64,000 nt of DNA from Saccostrea echinata (taxonomy: Eukaryota). Shown here piece by piece: positions 51,501 through 64,000 of this stretch; the stretch's first letter is position 1, and every line of letters starts with the position of its first letter. The DNA is taken from contig NW_026889803.1 in NCBI RefSeq assembly GCF_033153115.1, positions 27,342,001 through 27,406,000 on the forward strand, in the 5' to 3' direction. Made by a program: the position numbers and the translations under genes. Below the pieces are notes generated by a model, which saw only the letters and a program-made list of their open reading frames with translations, made no database searches and was not told where the DNA came from.

Positions 51501-52749
51501 AAAGAGGAGAGGAACAAATTGTCATCCTTGACTAGTGGAGGAGGAAAGAAGTGGATTGTCTCCCTTGGTAAGTGAAAAAAAGAAAGGAGCAGGTTGTCAT
51601 CCTTGGCTAGTGAAAAGAAGAGAGGAGCAGGTTGTCATCCTTTGCTAGTGTAAAAAGGAATGGAGTAGGTTGTCATCCTTGGCTGGTGTAAAGAGGAGAG
51701 GAGCAGGTTGTCATCCTTGGCTAGTGAAAGATGAGAAGAATGGATTGTCTCCCTTGAGTAATAAAAAGAGGAGAGAGCAAGCTGTCATCCTTGGCTGGTG
51801 TAAAGAAGAGAGGAGCAGGTTGTCATCCTTGTCTGGTGTAAAGAGGAGAGGAGCAGTTGTCATCCTTGGCTGGTGTAAAGAGGAGAGGAGCAGGTTGTCA
51901 TCCTTGGCTGGTGTAAAGAGGAATGGAGCAGGTTGTCATCCTTGGCTGGTGTAAAGAGGAAAGGAGCAGGTTGTCATCCTTGGCTAGTGAAAGATGAGAA
52001 GAATGGATCGTCTCCCTTGAGTAATAAAAAGAGGAGAGAGCAAGTTGTCATCCTTGGCTGATGTAAAGAAGAGAGGAGCAGGTTGTCATCCTTGACTGGT
52101 GCAAAGAGGAATGGAGCAGGTTGTCATCCTTGGCTGGTGTAAAGAGGAGAGGAGCAGTTGTCATCCTTGGCTGGTGTAAAGAGGAGAGGAGCAGGTTGTC
52201 ATCCTTGGCTGGTGTAAAGAGGAGAGGAGCAGGTTGTCATCCTTGGCTGTGTAAAGAGGAGAGGAGCAGGTTGTCATCCTTGGCTGTGTAAAGAGGAGAG
52301 GAGCAGGTTGTCATCCTTGGCTGTGTAAAGAGGAGAGAAGCAGGTTGTCATCCTTGGCTGGTGTAAAGAGGAGAGGTACAGCTGTCTTCCTTGGCTGGTG
52401 TAAAGAGGAGAGGAGCAGGTTGTCATCCTTGGCTGGTGTAAAGAGGAAAGGAGCAGGTTGTCATCCTTGTCTGGTGTAAAGAGGAGAGGAGCAGCTGTCA
52501 TCCTTGGCTGGTGTAAAGAGGAGAGGTACAGCTGTCTTCCTTGGCTGGTGTAAAGAGGAGAGGAGCAGGTTGTCATCCTTGTCTGGAGTAAAGAGGAGAA
52601 GAGCAGGTTGTCATCCTTGTCTGGTGTAGAGAGGAGGAGAGAATATCATTACCCTTGGCTGTGTAAAGAGGAGAGAAGATCATCATCCTTGGCTAGTGAA
52701 AAGAGGATAGAATTGAAAAGAGATCATCACCCTTGGCTAGTGAGAATAG

Positions 52750-52783
<34 letters not shown>

Positions 52784-53959
52784 CACATTGGCTAGGAAAA
52801 AAAGCAAAAATCAGTTACAGTATTGAAAAGTTTACAGGGAGGGGGGGGGGGGGGTGTTGAATTTTAAACTACCTGATGATGCTTTCATATCAATATAACA
52901 AATGGCTTTGTTGTTCTTGAGCAGCAGATTTTTTTCCCATATATTCATTTGTAAAAATTTGATCCCCCATTGTGGCCCCACCCTACCCCCGGGGGCCCTC
53001 ATTTGAACAAATTTCATTCTACACTACCCAAAGATGCCTCCATATCAATTTGACTAATCATGGCTTTTCTGTTCTTGAGACTTTTTCCTATATATTCCTC
53101 TGTAAACTTTGATCCCCCATTGTGGCCCCACCCTACCCCCGGGGGTCATGATTTGAACAAACTTGAATCTACACTACCTGAGGATGCTTCCATATAAATA
53201 TGACCAATCATGCCTTTGCTTTTCTTAAGAAGAAGATTTTTAAAGATTTTTTCCTATATATATCTATGTAAAACTTTGATCCCCCATTGTGGCCCCACCC
53301 TACCCCCGGGGGTCATGATTTGAACAAACTTGAATCTACACTACCTGAGGATGCTTCCATATAAATATGACCAATCTTGGCTTTACTGTTCTTAAGAAGA
53401 AGATTTTTAGAGATATTTTCCTATATATTTCTATGTAAAACTTTGATCCCCCATTGTGGCCCCACCCTACCCCCGGGGGTCATGATTTGAACAAACTTGA
53501 ATCTACACTACCTGAGGATGCTTCCATATAAATATGACCAATCTTGGCTTTACTGTTCTTAAGAAGAAGATTTTTAGAGATATTTTCCTATATATTTCTA
53601 TGTAAAACTTTGATCCCCCATTGTGGCCCCACCCTACCCCCGGGGGTCATGATTTGAACAAACTTGAATCTACACTACCTGAGGATGCTTCCATATAAAT
53701 ATGACCAATCTTGGCTTTACTGTTCTTAAGAAGAAGATTTTTAAAGATATTTTCCTATATATTTCTATGTAAAACTTGGATCCCCCATTGTGGCCCCACT
53801 CTATCCCCAGGGGTCATGATTTGAACAAACTTGAATCTACACTACCTGAGGATGCTTCCACATAAGTTTCATCTTTCCTGGCCCAGTGGTTCTTGAGAAG
53901 AAGATTTTTAAATGATGCCATTATTTTTTCACTAATTCCTAATTATCTCCCCTTGAAAG

Positions 53960-54017
<58 letters not shown>

Positions 54018-54050
54018 GCAAGTTTGGTTGAATTTGGCCCAGTGGTTCTT

Positions 54051-54085
<35 letters not shown>

Positions 54086-54102
54086 TGCCAACGACGACGA
54101 CA

Positions 54103-54134
<32 letters not shown>

Positions 54135-57100
54135 TTTGAGCCTTTGGCTCAGGTGAGCTAAAAAGCAGATTGTTACCCTTGGCTAGCAAAAAGAGATGAG
54201 CAGACTGTCACCCTTGGACAGTGAAGATGTAGCAATTAAGGAAGACATTTACCAGTATTAATCCAGTATATGCATATTTAAATTTCTTAGAAAATTCGAT
54301 AAAATGCTTTCCTTACCAACACTGGGCAATTCTTGAAGACATCATATCCATCCTTGCCCTCTGAAAGGTACTCCTTAGTGCAGAGTTTGTATTTCTGTTG
54401 AAAAATTCACAAAGTTAATTCAAAAAACTTTCAGTTTTTGCAGTTTTTTACCTCATATGACAAGATATTTTCTGACAAAACACTAGTTAACTTTATATCA
54501 CTATGCATTTTCAGAGATAAAAAACCTCAAACTTTTCTTCGGCACATGTTCAAGTTCATAGTAGTGCTTGTAATATTTTGCATTTAGAATAACGCCATTA
54601 CGCATTTAAATTATATAAATAATCTAATGCAGAAGCTATTAATAGTATCTTTTATGTGAATTTAAACCTAGTAAGCTTTTGATTGGTCGGTAAATCCATC
54701 GGTTGAAATTTTTTTTTATCTAGATATTAAATTCCTCCAACATTTCAATGCTACTTAATGTATTACCAAAAATTCACACATTTTTAGCATTGCAAACTTT
54801 TCAAAACAACCAACAGCTTACTTACAACTTTGCATATATTAAAAATGGTGTCATCATTTCTAAAAGAGAAAGTTCAGCCACTTCAGTGCACACTCAAAGT
54901 GTAATGTAAGAAAATAAATGTACTAAATTTCTGATGTTCTGTGTAATTGAATGTGTGATGTAAGATTATAATAAAATTGTGTGGTTATTACACTAGTTTC
55001 CTCAAACTCTTACCATAAAATGTTGGAAGACACCCACAAAACTTAATTAGATTAACAAAACAATATCCCAGTGGATTACAATGCTTTTTGTATTCACCTT
55101 TTCCATACTGGAATATAATCAATTTGAATATATTCAAAGTTTATGAATATCTGCATATAAAACTGGTAAATTAGCCTTGCAATTCTTGAAAATTCTTGAA
55201 AAGTTAAAGTTAAGAATAAATACTTATACATACAGTTGAAGTTCATTATCTCTAACACTGATATCTCGAATACCAGGTATATGTTGAAGTGAGTTGGCAG
55301 TCCCAACCATTTATTTTTTTTTATGTTTTAACCATGGTTATTGTATCTCAAATCATCTGATATCTCGAAGTTAAATCTTGAAGTTAAATTTTGGTCCGTC
55401 GGATTCGAGATAACAAGATTTGACTGTACAATGTAAGTTTTCTCTTTTTAAGAAATAAGGCTTTCCTCTGGAAGAATGCACAGTATGAGTAGTCTTACTT
55501 TTTTTAGATCGATAAATTGCCCTTGTACTTTGACCAGCTCTGGATCTACTCTCTGTCCTTTAGGCTTGCTGGGATTAAATCCAAAGGTAATGCCTGCCAC
55601 TTGAGGGAACCGACCTTCCAATTTGGGGTATGCTGACACACCATTTTCTAATGCTTCTATTAACTGTTTTCCTGTTTAAATGTAAAATCATGTTGATTTA
55701 GGTTAAAACAAGACACAAATTTAGAAACTTAGAAATACACTAGAAATAAGTGCAATAGACATACATGTATATAACCAATTCTTGCATGGTCACATTTCAG
55801 AGTTAAATTTATGAAAAAGCCATTCTTTGAAAAATGAGCTATTGCAACAGCACTTTGCAAATTGTGATTGGCTTAAAAACTAGAGAGGAATTTAATAACT
55901 AACTCTATGTTCCCAGCAATACAGGTGGCAAATGTCAAAAGATTCATTTTGTATACAATCCAGAATAAATATTACTCCAGTTGAATGAAATGCTGCTCAG
56001 CATAAAGTAATAACGATGATATTTCTGTCCCACAATACTTGATCCTAAACCCCGCTTGCTTCTTAATATATCCTCTTACCAGTGACTTCAATGACTACCA
56101 GCTCATCCACCAGGGGGAGTATGGTGAGTAAATCGCGGAGTTTGAAGCGGCCTTTAGGGTGGATCCTGTCTGATCGGAATGTCCCAGAATTTAGAATAGC
56201 ACAGTCAGCTTGAGAAATCTCCAACATAATGTCTGTCACAAAGTTTCCTACAAAGAATAACACAAGCCAAGTCTTTCAAAATGAAAAATGTTAAAATGTT
56301 TCAGATACATACCCCATTACTGGTATATGCCTTTTATAGTACCACAATGCATCTGATTTGCTCAATCATGCTAAAGACTCCATTCAAACCGATGCCAGAT
56401 TTGGGGAGAAACTTACAATTATTAATGGTATGTATCATCTTTAAACATAAGCAAAGATATCAATGTGTTGCTAGAGATATGGTATATGAATAAAACACAG
56501 TTAAATTATATAAAAACAAAGACTACCAGAATTTCTGATAAACATACCTAGATTTGTTTCCCTTGATCTTATAGCAGAGAATCTGCCATCAAGTTCCACA
56601 TTCATATATCCCAATACTTCTTCCATTTTACTGTTAATGTCACCTAAATATAAGTACAATCAATATATTACATATACATTTTGTAATGAAAAACTTGATA
56701 AAGTTGATATTTTATATAATTTACAAAAAAAATATTATCCTAAATCACTGATGACTTCTTATTATTAGGTCTGACAAGAGATCAATTCCTTTTTCACTAT
56801 CAATAAAATGTTATATCAACCTTGCATATGTTTGACAATTTCCAAGGTTTCTGGATCCTCTGTGATATTAGACGTGACGTCCACCTTCTCAATGTCCACA
56901 TGAAGGCGAAGTCCATTCCTCTTAATGGTGATCTTACTAAGGTTACGGAAATCAGTTCCACTTTTCACAATGTTGATGTCATTAACCTAGGAGATGGAAA
57001 TATATTTGACTAATTTTTCTTCAAATGAATTTTTTTTTTACATTTGATATTTTGTATTTCTTATAGAAAACGATGCCTTAAAAGGCAATTTATGTACATA

Positions 57101-59053
57101 CACAATTTTCTTTCAAGTTTCAACATGACATGATTTTCACTGCACTTGAAGAAAAAAAGTAACTATTAAAAGGAAATTTGTCATTGTATTTCAAAATAAT
57201 TTGATAAAAGGGGCTTTTTTAACATGAAATAATCTTTCCAATGATTTATGAAAAGCCAGTGTATGAGAACACTCACTATCTCTAGACCGTAGTCATGATC
57301 ATGACCTGCAAGTATGATGTCAATATCTGGTACTTGTTCTGCAAGGTGCCGGTCATTTGGCCATCGCATGTGAGTCAAGGCGACAATTAAATCAACTCCC
57401 TGAAATTTACCATGCACAATCATAAAAAGTTGTAGTTAACTGAAATCTGTGAGAAGTTAATGCAGAATATTTACACAAAGAGCAACTATATTTAGAGTAT
57501 TTACCTGTACCTGTATTTAGAGGTTAATTGAACCTTAACATAAAAATGTGTATAATTGAAATCTTAACAATTTCTTTTTTCCAACATTTCTGACACATTA
57601 AGTTTTATAAAGTCTACGAACACAAAAATGAATGAACTGTAGGCCTTTTATCTCTGACAATTTTTTTTTACTTGTGTTCCCCCTTTAATCATATATAAAG
57701 TGATTTAATTCTGGGTTCATAGCAGGTAACACTACTTAATTGTTTTACAGCTGTTTTTTTTAACTTTACAAACTGAAAAAAGGTGTTCTATAATTATGTT
57801 TCACTTAAAATGAAAAAAAAAAGAAATAAACAGTGTAAGAGAATGCTACCTTTTGCTTTAAATCCTTGCAGAGTTCTTTCCCTTTAGAAACAAAATCTAT
57901 ATATGTAACATCTTCTGGGTCCAATGTTGCTAGAGTATCAATCCACTCCTCTTCCACTAAGCCAATCACTCCTACCTAATAAAAATAAAACAAACACCTG
58001 AACCAGAATTGTACTTTTAATGCTTATTAATGCTTTTCACTTAAGAGAATCATCTTTGCTAACCAAGGGTTTCTGATCCACTCCACTCCTCACAAACCCT
58101 TGGGCTTACAAGGAGTGAATTAGATCAGAAAACCTTGGCTAGCAAAGATGTAATAGTTAATAGTATGTTCTTATTTACAAGTATACCTCTTTATAGCCTT
58201 GTACAGGTTAATAATGATAAACACCCTTACCTTATACCCATTCCATTCAATAACACATGACTCCTGTCCATCTGCCAATGATTTTTTGGTCAAGTTGTCT
58301 GTAACATTACTGAGTAACCATGGAAACTTGGTCTTCTCTGTCATCTCACACAAATGATCAACTCCAAAATCTAGCAGTTAAGATTACAGGTATACAATAT
58401 TTGACCTTTGAAACAATTAAATATCAGAACACTCATACTCTTCGTTTCACTTAATTTTTACAGTTAATATAAACAAAAATCTAAGTTTTATCCAAGAAAA
58501 ACATTTACCAAAGTCATGATTTCCAAACACTGCAGCATGTGTGCCTACTGCATTTAGGATTGGTATCATCTGTTCACCTTTTAAGAATATGCTCACTTAA
58601 AAAAAAAAAAAAAAGAGTGAAGTTTTAAAACATTTAGATTTTTAGTTTTGCATAGTGTATACAAATGCTATTTAAATTTGAAATATGAAAACCTTACTTT
58701 TTCTCATTCAAAAGTTTTGACCAAGGTTACAAGTTTCTGTGACAGACTTACAGAGATCAACAGACAGACTGAGGTTAAATGTCCCCTCACTTTATCCAAA
58801 GTGGGGGACAAAACTATCAACATGATTATGACATGTACATAACTTATGATAACTATTATACATGAAATTTCAAAAATGACTTACACAATGAAGGATTCAG
58901 TACATCCCCACTAAACAGGACCAGGGGGTTCAGTGACTGGTAGGATTTGACACAGCCAACAAATCTAGCAGCCCCACCCACAGGCTCATCTTTCTGAGGT
59001 TCAAGGTTATATACATCATTGAAGTGAAGGATTACTAGATCATTTTGTGGCAT
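48525..59053 (-). CDS. 5'-nucleotidase / calcineurin-like metallophosphoesterase without a signal peptide (CG11883/YfkN-like), ~571 aa, with alternative C-termini
   Basis: Exons 59053-58885, 58595-58509, 58370-58231, 57975-57850, 57399-57277, 56986-56821, 56643-56548, 56247-56080, 55671-55499, 54394-54317, 50980-50856, 49990-49837, 48635-48525, all phase-consistent. Motifs HFNDVY, GGAARF, SGD, GNHDFD, LTHM, GHDH, RSRETNLGNFVTD, NSGTFR, EGRFPQVAG, GKDGY. Confidence 0.9.
49115..49284. mobile_element. Small pogo/Tigger-like MITE
   Basis: TA|CAGTAAAACA...TGTTTTACTG|TA. Confidence 0.55.
49503..49528 (-). CDS. Predicted 26-nt alternative microexon of the 5'-nucleotidase gene (frameshifting)
   Basis: tatattgcag|GTCAGCTACATTATATCAAATGTTAG|gtgagt, with a canonical acceptor and a consensus donor. 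Confidence 0.55.
49645..49836 (-). CDS. Alternative terminal coding extension of the 5'-nucleotidase encoding a tail-anchor TM
   Basis: Open in frame past the CAG|GTGAAG donor: VKPCSES...RFWKNKGLIFGLSLMSLGLIWFLKKKINK*. Confidence 0.65.
   Translation of the reverse strand: MKPCSESDEKTSVENVENIRVEKIRVENTEGGILRFWKNKGLIFGLSLMSLGLIWFLKKKINK
51340..54226. repeat. 38-bp purine-rich minisatellite (~37 units), interrupted near its end by a Helentron
   Basis: Consensus GAGCAGGTTGTCATCCTTGGCTGGTGTAAAGAGGAGAG. The centre (51660-52620) is homogeneous and the edges are degenerate. Two further units follow 54165. Confidence 0.9.
52750..54164 (+). mobile_element. Helentron-type non-autonomous element with ~6 copies of a 167-bp satellite monomer (Cg170/HindIII-like)
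   Basis: 5' box ACAAGAGGCCCATGGGCCACATCGCTCACCTGAG; GATCCCCCATTGTGG at 52961, 53111, 53278, 53445, 53612, 53779; (GAC)n/GACA microsatellite; 3' hairpin AGCTCATTTGAGCCTTTGGCTCAGGTGAGCTAAAA. Confidence 0.9.
55233..55426. mobile_element. Small pogo/Tigger-like MITE
   Basis: TA|CAGTTGAAG...ATTTGACTG|TA with internal ATCTCGAA repeats. Confidence 0.55.
58051..58150. repeat. 100-bp hairpin element
   Basis: CATCTTTGCTAACCAAGGGTTTCTGATC...GATCAGAAAACCTTGGCTAGCAAAGATG. Confidence 0.7.
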
Positions 59054-59832
59054 CCTTCTTTCATCTGTTAATTAACATAAAATCATTACATAATCTAGTA
59101 CCCTACTCCTCTTTCAGTATAAATGTGAAAAGAAAAAAAATAATAATTGGGATACTCTAATAGGTAAAAGAAGAAATTTTTTTTAAAAGATAAAACATAG
59201 TACCGGTACATTTCCTGAGTTTCCTGTGTATGTGTGTTTTTTTTTTTATAATGGATAACATTTGCAAACAATCATGCATGCATGTACATATAAAAACCTT
59301 ATCAAACTACCAAATGCAGTCATTGCAGTGACAGATGAATGCAAGCAACAAAAGAACAATTGATAAAAACTTGTTTACACAGAGTCTTATACATGTACAC
59401 ACAAGGTCTCAAAAGATGCATTTTTTATTACATGTGTACATTTAAACATGTTAAACTTGAGAGATTTACTGGCCTGACACATAATGCAAACAAACCTACT
59501 CAACACGGCTCAAGTATGAGTTATACAGTAATGCTACAGGTAAAATACAGGTAACACACACACACAAAAGTCAGAATTAAAAATTATATTTTTATAAATA
59601 TAGAGCTGCATGAATTGTGCTTCCTTGCACTCTTCTTTATTTTATCATGATCATAATCCATTGTTGACTAGATTTATATTTTTGAAGTATGGGATCTTAC
59701 AGTTCGTGATCAAAATTTAAATACTTACAAGAATGACTGCAATTAATTTCTATAATATTACTGTGGACTATGTATAAAAACATTACTCTTTTTTCAATTC
59801 TTTTGAGAGGAAAATCTCTGTACGTTTTTTAA

Positions 59833-60611
59833 AGGTGCTTGGACACAGATTTGAAGTTAATATTTTCTCAGATTTTCTGTATAATTTCATGACTTATATG
59901 TTGCTATAGCATTTCATACTGAAATATAATAAAAATCTTATTTCATCTCGAAGTTATTGAAACTTCAAATTTCTGGACGCGTTTGATTGACACATCCTTG
60001 CACTTTCACAATTTTTAATTTTATTCTTAATGCTTAAGAAAAGTGGCAGTTTTGTTGTGTATAAATGAAAAGTATTAAAACTATAATCCAGAAAATTCAG
60101 AGTAGAAATGTTTGAAAGCAAAACCCACTCACAGTATTGTCAGTCCGTGCTCAGTGGTGTGTGCAGACTTTAACAATTGAACTCACCCGGTGAATCGTAA
60201 ACATTAACAATAACAGAGCTCATGCCCTGTTTACAGAAACAGTTTACGTTTCACGGGTGTATTCAATTTGTTAAACTCTGTACACAACACTGAGCACGGG
60301 CTGACGATATTAGTGAGGGGGTTTGCTTTCGCACATTTCTACTCTGAATTTTCTGGATTATAGATGTAATGTTTTTCATTAATACAGAACAAAATCGCTT
60401 CTTTTCTTAAATATTAAGAATAAAAATAAAATTTGTGAAAGTGCAAGGATGTGTTAATCAAACGCGTCCAGGAATTCATAGTTCCAAAAATTTCCAGATA
60501 AAATAAGTTTTTAATTATATTTTCGTGTGAAATGCTATTGCAATATATAAGTCGTGATATTATACAGAAATTTTGAGAAAATATTAACTTCAAATCTGTG
60601 TCTAAGCACCT
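59833..60611. mobile_element. Palindromic MITE with TTAA TSD (Kolobok-like), intact copy 2
   Basis: TTAA|AGGTGCTTGGACACAGATTTG...CAAATCTGTGTCTAAGCACCT|TTAA, 779 bp. Confidence 0.9.
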
Positions 60612-61216
60612 TTAAAGGAGAAAAAAAAATCACAATCATTTTATCAAGTTACAGTTTTTATCAAATGTGGCTTTGAAACTTTAAATTGACATTTATTTCC
60701 ATTTAAAAGATGTTAAATCCACCATAAGTGATATTACACATAGAAATAAGTCATTAAACATATTCAGTAAAAAGTTATTTTGAAGCCTTTGGCTGTATGT
60801 GTCATGACATAATATATGACATATAATCTTTATATATATATATATAAGTCTGACAAAATATATCAACATACATTGCATAACTTTTAATTAGCTTTTATAC
60901 TCTATCTTAATTCTTAAACTGACGTAACTAATACAGGGCCTCACTGTATGTATGCAGGAATTATGTTGATTAGCAATATCAGCTAATTAAATTCTTATTA
61001 AAAAAAACACATTCACGTAATTTCATGCACACCTTTAAAAAATGTATCACCGTTGCCACACAGCAATGCTTAATCCCCCCCCCCCCCCCCCCGCCCGATT
61101 TTTAGTCATTGGAATTTGCAAATACACTCTTACAAAGTCGTGGCATTTAAAGCATTAACTTCTAGAAGTTGTCAAAGCTTCATTCTAATTAATTAATTTT
61201 CAAAGCAAATACTTAC

Positions 61217-61332
61217 ATAAGGATATGACGAAAAATATGAGCAATCAATATTTTTCATCTGCTTCGAATATTTTGATTCTTCCGGATTGGAACTCTTTTG
61301 TACTTCCTTTTCACGTCGGCCATCGGTTTGAG
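61217..61332. promoter_or_regulatory. Putative compact bidirectional promoter: RPL13 TCT/5'TOP first exon (+) and first exon of the 5'-nucleotidase (-)
   Basis: Plus strand: pyrimidine initiator CTTCCTTTTC (61303-61312), GGCCAT, donor AG|GTATGA at 61333. Minus strand: consensus donor TAT|GTAAGT at 61217/61216. An ETS-like CTTCCGG and ATTGG (CCAAT) lie at 61279-61290. Confidence 0.6.
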
Positions 61333-61869
61333 GTATGACAGACCGTTGTATCTCTGATATATCTAGCAATATCCCCAACATCATTTGTTATACAAGATAA
61401 ATAAAACTATATATACACGAAAGAGATCGATACAAAAGTAAACATCAGAGTTTTTTCTTGAAATGAAGTAGTGAAACGTAATAAGTGACGAAAATATATG
61501 ACTGTTTACACACAGAGATCTAAGACTATTTAAGTAGGAAATTTGGTTTTATAAAATTTGGATTATTGTTTTACGTCAGTTATGGGGAAAGTCCCATAGA
61601 ATTCAATTCTAGAAATTATCACTTAAGTGTGGATGGGTATCATCGTGAAAATCGCAACTGTTATTTCCTTGGAACAATCTTGAAAACTTGCTGTTACCGA
61701 AGAGTGCTATTTCATTGCATTTATATTTTGAATAAATGTTGTAAACATACATTTAATCAGAGGTCAGAGTTTGCAAAACTTGAATAATTATGTCGGTCAA
61801 CTTTCAAGGTTTTGCAGGGCATTTGCTAAAAAGAAAAAATGGAGTGTTGGATGTGTTTTTCATTGCTTA

Positions 61870-62510
61870 TACTAGATTTAGCTACGTAGCTTGAATTACT
61901 TACATCGCTTTATTTACCTACCTGAAGTAGCTTTGTTTAGCTACTAAATCAGACTTATTTCTTAAATAAGAATTTTTCCCAGAAAGTGCAGAAAATTGCT
62001 CTTTGATGCAGTGATAATTTTCAACTTTGAACTCATCTGAAAACAATTCATGAAAAAATCACTCTTGGAGATGCGTCTTTTTTTGCGCAATTGCAATCAA
62101 AGTTCTAAAAGTTTTGGGGCTATATACAACAGTTAATTTGTGACCTAACAGTTACTTCTTGAGTGTAATAACAAAGAAAACCAGTTTTGGTTGACATGAG
62201 CACAATGTGAAGTAATCATACTTATCCATGCCTCATCGCGCACAAGGTGTGTACAGTTACTCAAACAGTGGGAATACATATTTTCCTTAAAAGTGATCAA
62301 ACGCAGCAATGGTAAAACTATCTCTGCTTTAGATTGATTTTTAAATGATACCTAGAATAAATATTAGTAGACATTTTCTTGCGACTTTTTGTCTTTTTAA
62401 AATAAAAAGCAAAATTGTGAAAAGTTGCCTTGAAATAGCTAAATAAAGCTACCTGAGGTAGGTAAATAAAGCTACGGTAGGTAATTTTAGCTACGTAGCT
62501 AAATGTACTG
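61870..62510. mobile_element. MITE with ~75-bp TIRs in the RPL13 5'-UTR intron
   Basis: ATTTAGCTACGTAGCT..TTTATTTACCTACCT..GTAGCTTTGTTTAGCTA at 61876-61943 is inverted at 62435-62504. Confidence 0.65.
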
Positions 62511-62684
62511 ATTGTACTGGACCTGTATATGAAACATGTCAATTGCTTTTGAACTCTAAAGTCCAATCATTTTATCAGAAATAAATCATATTTCATCAAT
62601 TGTGACACAAATTTGGTATTTTACACTTTAAAAATGCTTCAGCTTGTAAATGTATAATTTATTGTGGACACATTTTATGTAGGC

Positions 62685-62930
62685 ATGGCCCCAAAGAGGA
62701 ACAACGTTATCCCGAATGGGCATTTTCATAAAGACTGGCAGCGCTATGTGAGGAATTGGTTCAACCAGCCTGCCAGGAAGAAGAGGAGGCATGATAACAG
62801 ACTTAAAAAGGCACGCCGTATCGCTCCCCGACCTGTAGCAGGTGCTCTTAGACCAATTGTTAAATGCCCAACTTTTAAATACAACACTAAAATCAGGGCA
62901 GGCAAGGGATTCACACTGGATGAGTTGAAG
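62685..62930 (+). CDS. RPL13: 60S ribosomal protein L13 (eL13), first coding exon; the gene continues beyond the window
   Basis: tag|GC ATG; [35 protein letters not shown]...[21 protein letters not shown]; donor AAG|GTAAAT at 62931. Confidence 0.97.
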
Positions 62931-63077
62931 GTAAATCTTGTTAACAAAATAAACTTGAATTCAAAAAAATAAGCTCAGTTGCTGATTGACTGTGTCATTT
63001 AAATGTACGTGCTAGAATAATGGGGTATGAAATATAATTGTGAAAAAAGATAGTTTTCAGTAGGCCCAAATTATCAA

Positions 63078-63324
63078 GAGTTATTTCCCGTTGGCCGCCA
63101 TATTGGAGGTCAACATGCTCATATTCCTTCATTATTCAACCAACTTTAAATTTAGCATTGTTTTTCTGAAAAATATACATTTGTTAAAGCCTCCTTTATT
63201 TCATAATTTTTATTCTATAAAGTTTTTTCCCCAAATATTTCTGATACACCCTCTTAGATTTGGTAAGACAAAGAGGAAAAATTACCAGGTTGACCACCAT
63301 TATGGTGGCCAAGGGAAATAACTC
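63078..63324. mobile_element. MITE with ~37-bp TIRs in an RPL13 intron
   Basis: GAGTTATTTCCCGTTGGCCGCCATATTGGAGGTCAAC...GTTGACCACCATTATGGTGGCCAAGGGAAATAACTC. Confidence 0.7.
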
Positions 63325-64000
63325 GTAGAGAAAATACGTCATATGAAAACTATCTATAAGGATTTTAGGCATAAAATATTTTATTTAGTAGCGATGATTT
63401 TTACATTCAGACATATCTATGAGTCTTCCTGAAACATCAAGACAAATTTAATTAGTCAAGTCAAGTCAAGTTACATCAGAGTTGTCAAAATTTTAAAACA
63501 CTGTTAGACATTTGGTCTGACAGAGTGAAAGGGTCTGTCTGACAAGATGAAGTTTCGTCTGAAATGTACCTTATTTTTGTACAGAAAGGAACCCCAAATG
63601 CCCTTATTGTTGTCATCAGTATTCCTTCTCATGATTTTCTTTTCTTACGGAAAGAGAAGTATTTCATCTGAGACATAATAACATGATTTAATTATCTCAT
63701 AAATGTGGTGGATAGTACTCAGACAATAAAGCTATGCTTTATTGCTTTATTCATGGATATGTTTTATCAATAACACTTCCAGTTTAGACACAACCCCTAG
63801 CTTCAAGATGTAAATTTATTGAAACTTTTTTTTTATTTGTGAACGTTCTTGCATTATCAAATGAATGCTGATGAGCAAAAATGTTTGTTAAAAACAAAAA
63901 AAAGACTTGTTTTACTTCAATGATATGTCTTCTTCTTTTTTACTGGATACTGTGATAACGAATGTTTAAACCCTCCCCCCTGCCCCTTTTCAACAGGGTT

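Noticed and set aside
51660-52620. 38-bp repeats resembling a CRISPR array
   Set aside because: Units are directly adjacent with no unique spacers, the context is a eukaryotic intron, and there are no cas genes. It is a minisatellite, and the ORFs over it are artefacts.
62931-64000. Intronic C/D snoRNA, as hosted by vertebrate RPL13
   Set aside because: I found no properly spaced RTGATGA...CTGA pair with a recognisable rRNA guide in the visible introns.

Overview
AT-rich eukaryotic genomic DNA, most likely from a bivalve and probably an oyster (Helentron-like elements carry a 167-bp Cg170/HindIII-like satellite, and there is an intronless nAChR-type gene). I reconstructed six protein-coding genes by hand from GT-AG exons with consistent phases: (1) a type I membrane protein with CUB-like, LDLa and TM domains and a long PPxY tail (minus, 4100-13952); (2) a purple acid phosphatase (ACP7-like) with an unusual C-terminal transmembrane anchor (plus, 21707-29350); (3) an intronless non-alpha nicotinic acetylcholine receptor-like subunit (minus, 34414-35688); (4) a secreted phospholipase A2 (minus, 41148-43809); (5) a signal-peptide-less 5'-nucleotidase-family enzyme (minus, 48525-59053); (6) the 5' part of RPL13 (plus, from 62685). 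Introns and intergenic DNA are dense with non-autonomous DNA transposons: two multi-kb foldback elements with mirror-image nested insertions, palindromic TTAA (Kolobok-like) MITEs, AcademH-like, mariner/pogo-like and 5/6-bp-TSD hAT-like MITEs, Helentron-like satellite carriers and a 38-bp minisatellite. The most interesting signal is the 3' end of the 5'-nucleotidase gene. It appears able to encode three alternative C-termini: a soluble acidic tail, a tail-anchor TM with a basic flank, and a PTS1-like -CRL end produced by a 26-nt frameshifting microexon. This is a predicted splicing-controlled organelle-targeting switch. No transcript evidence or database searches were available, so exon models and family names come from pattern recognition.
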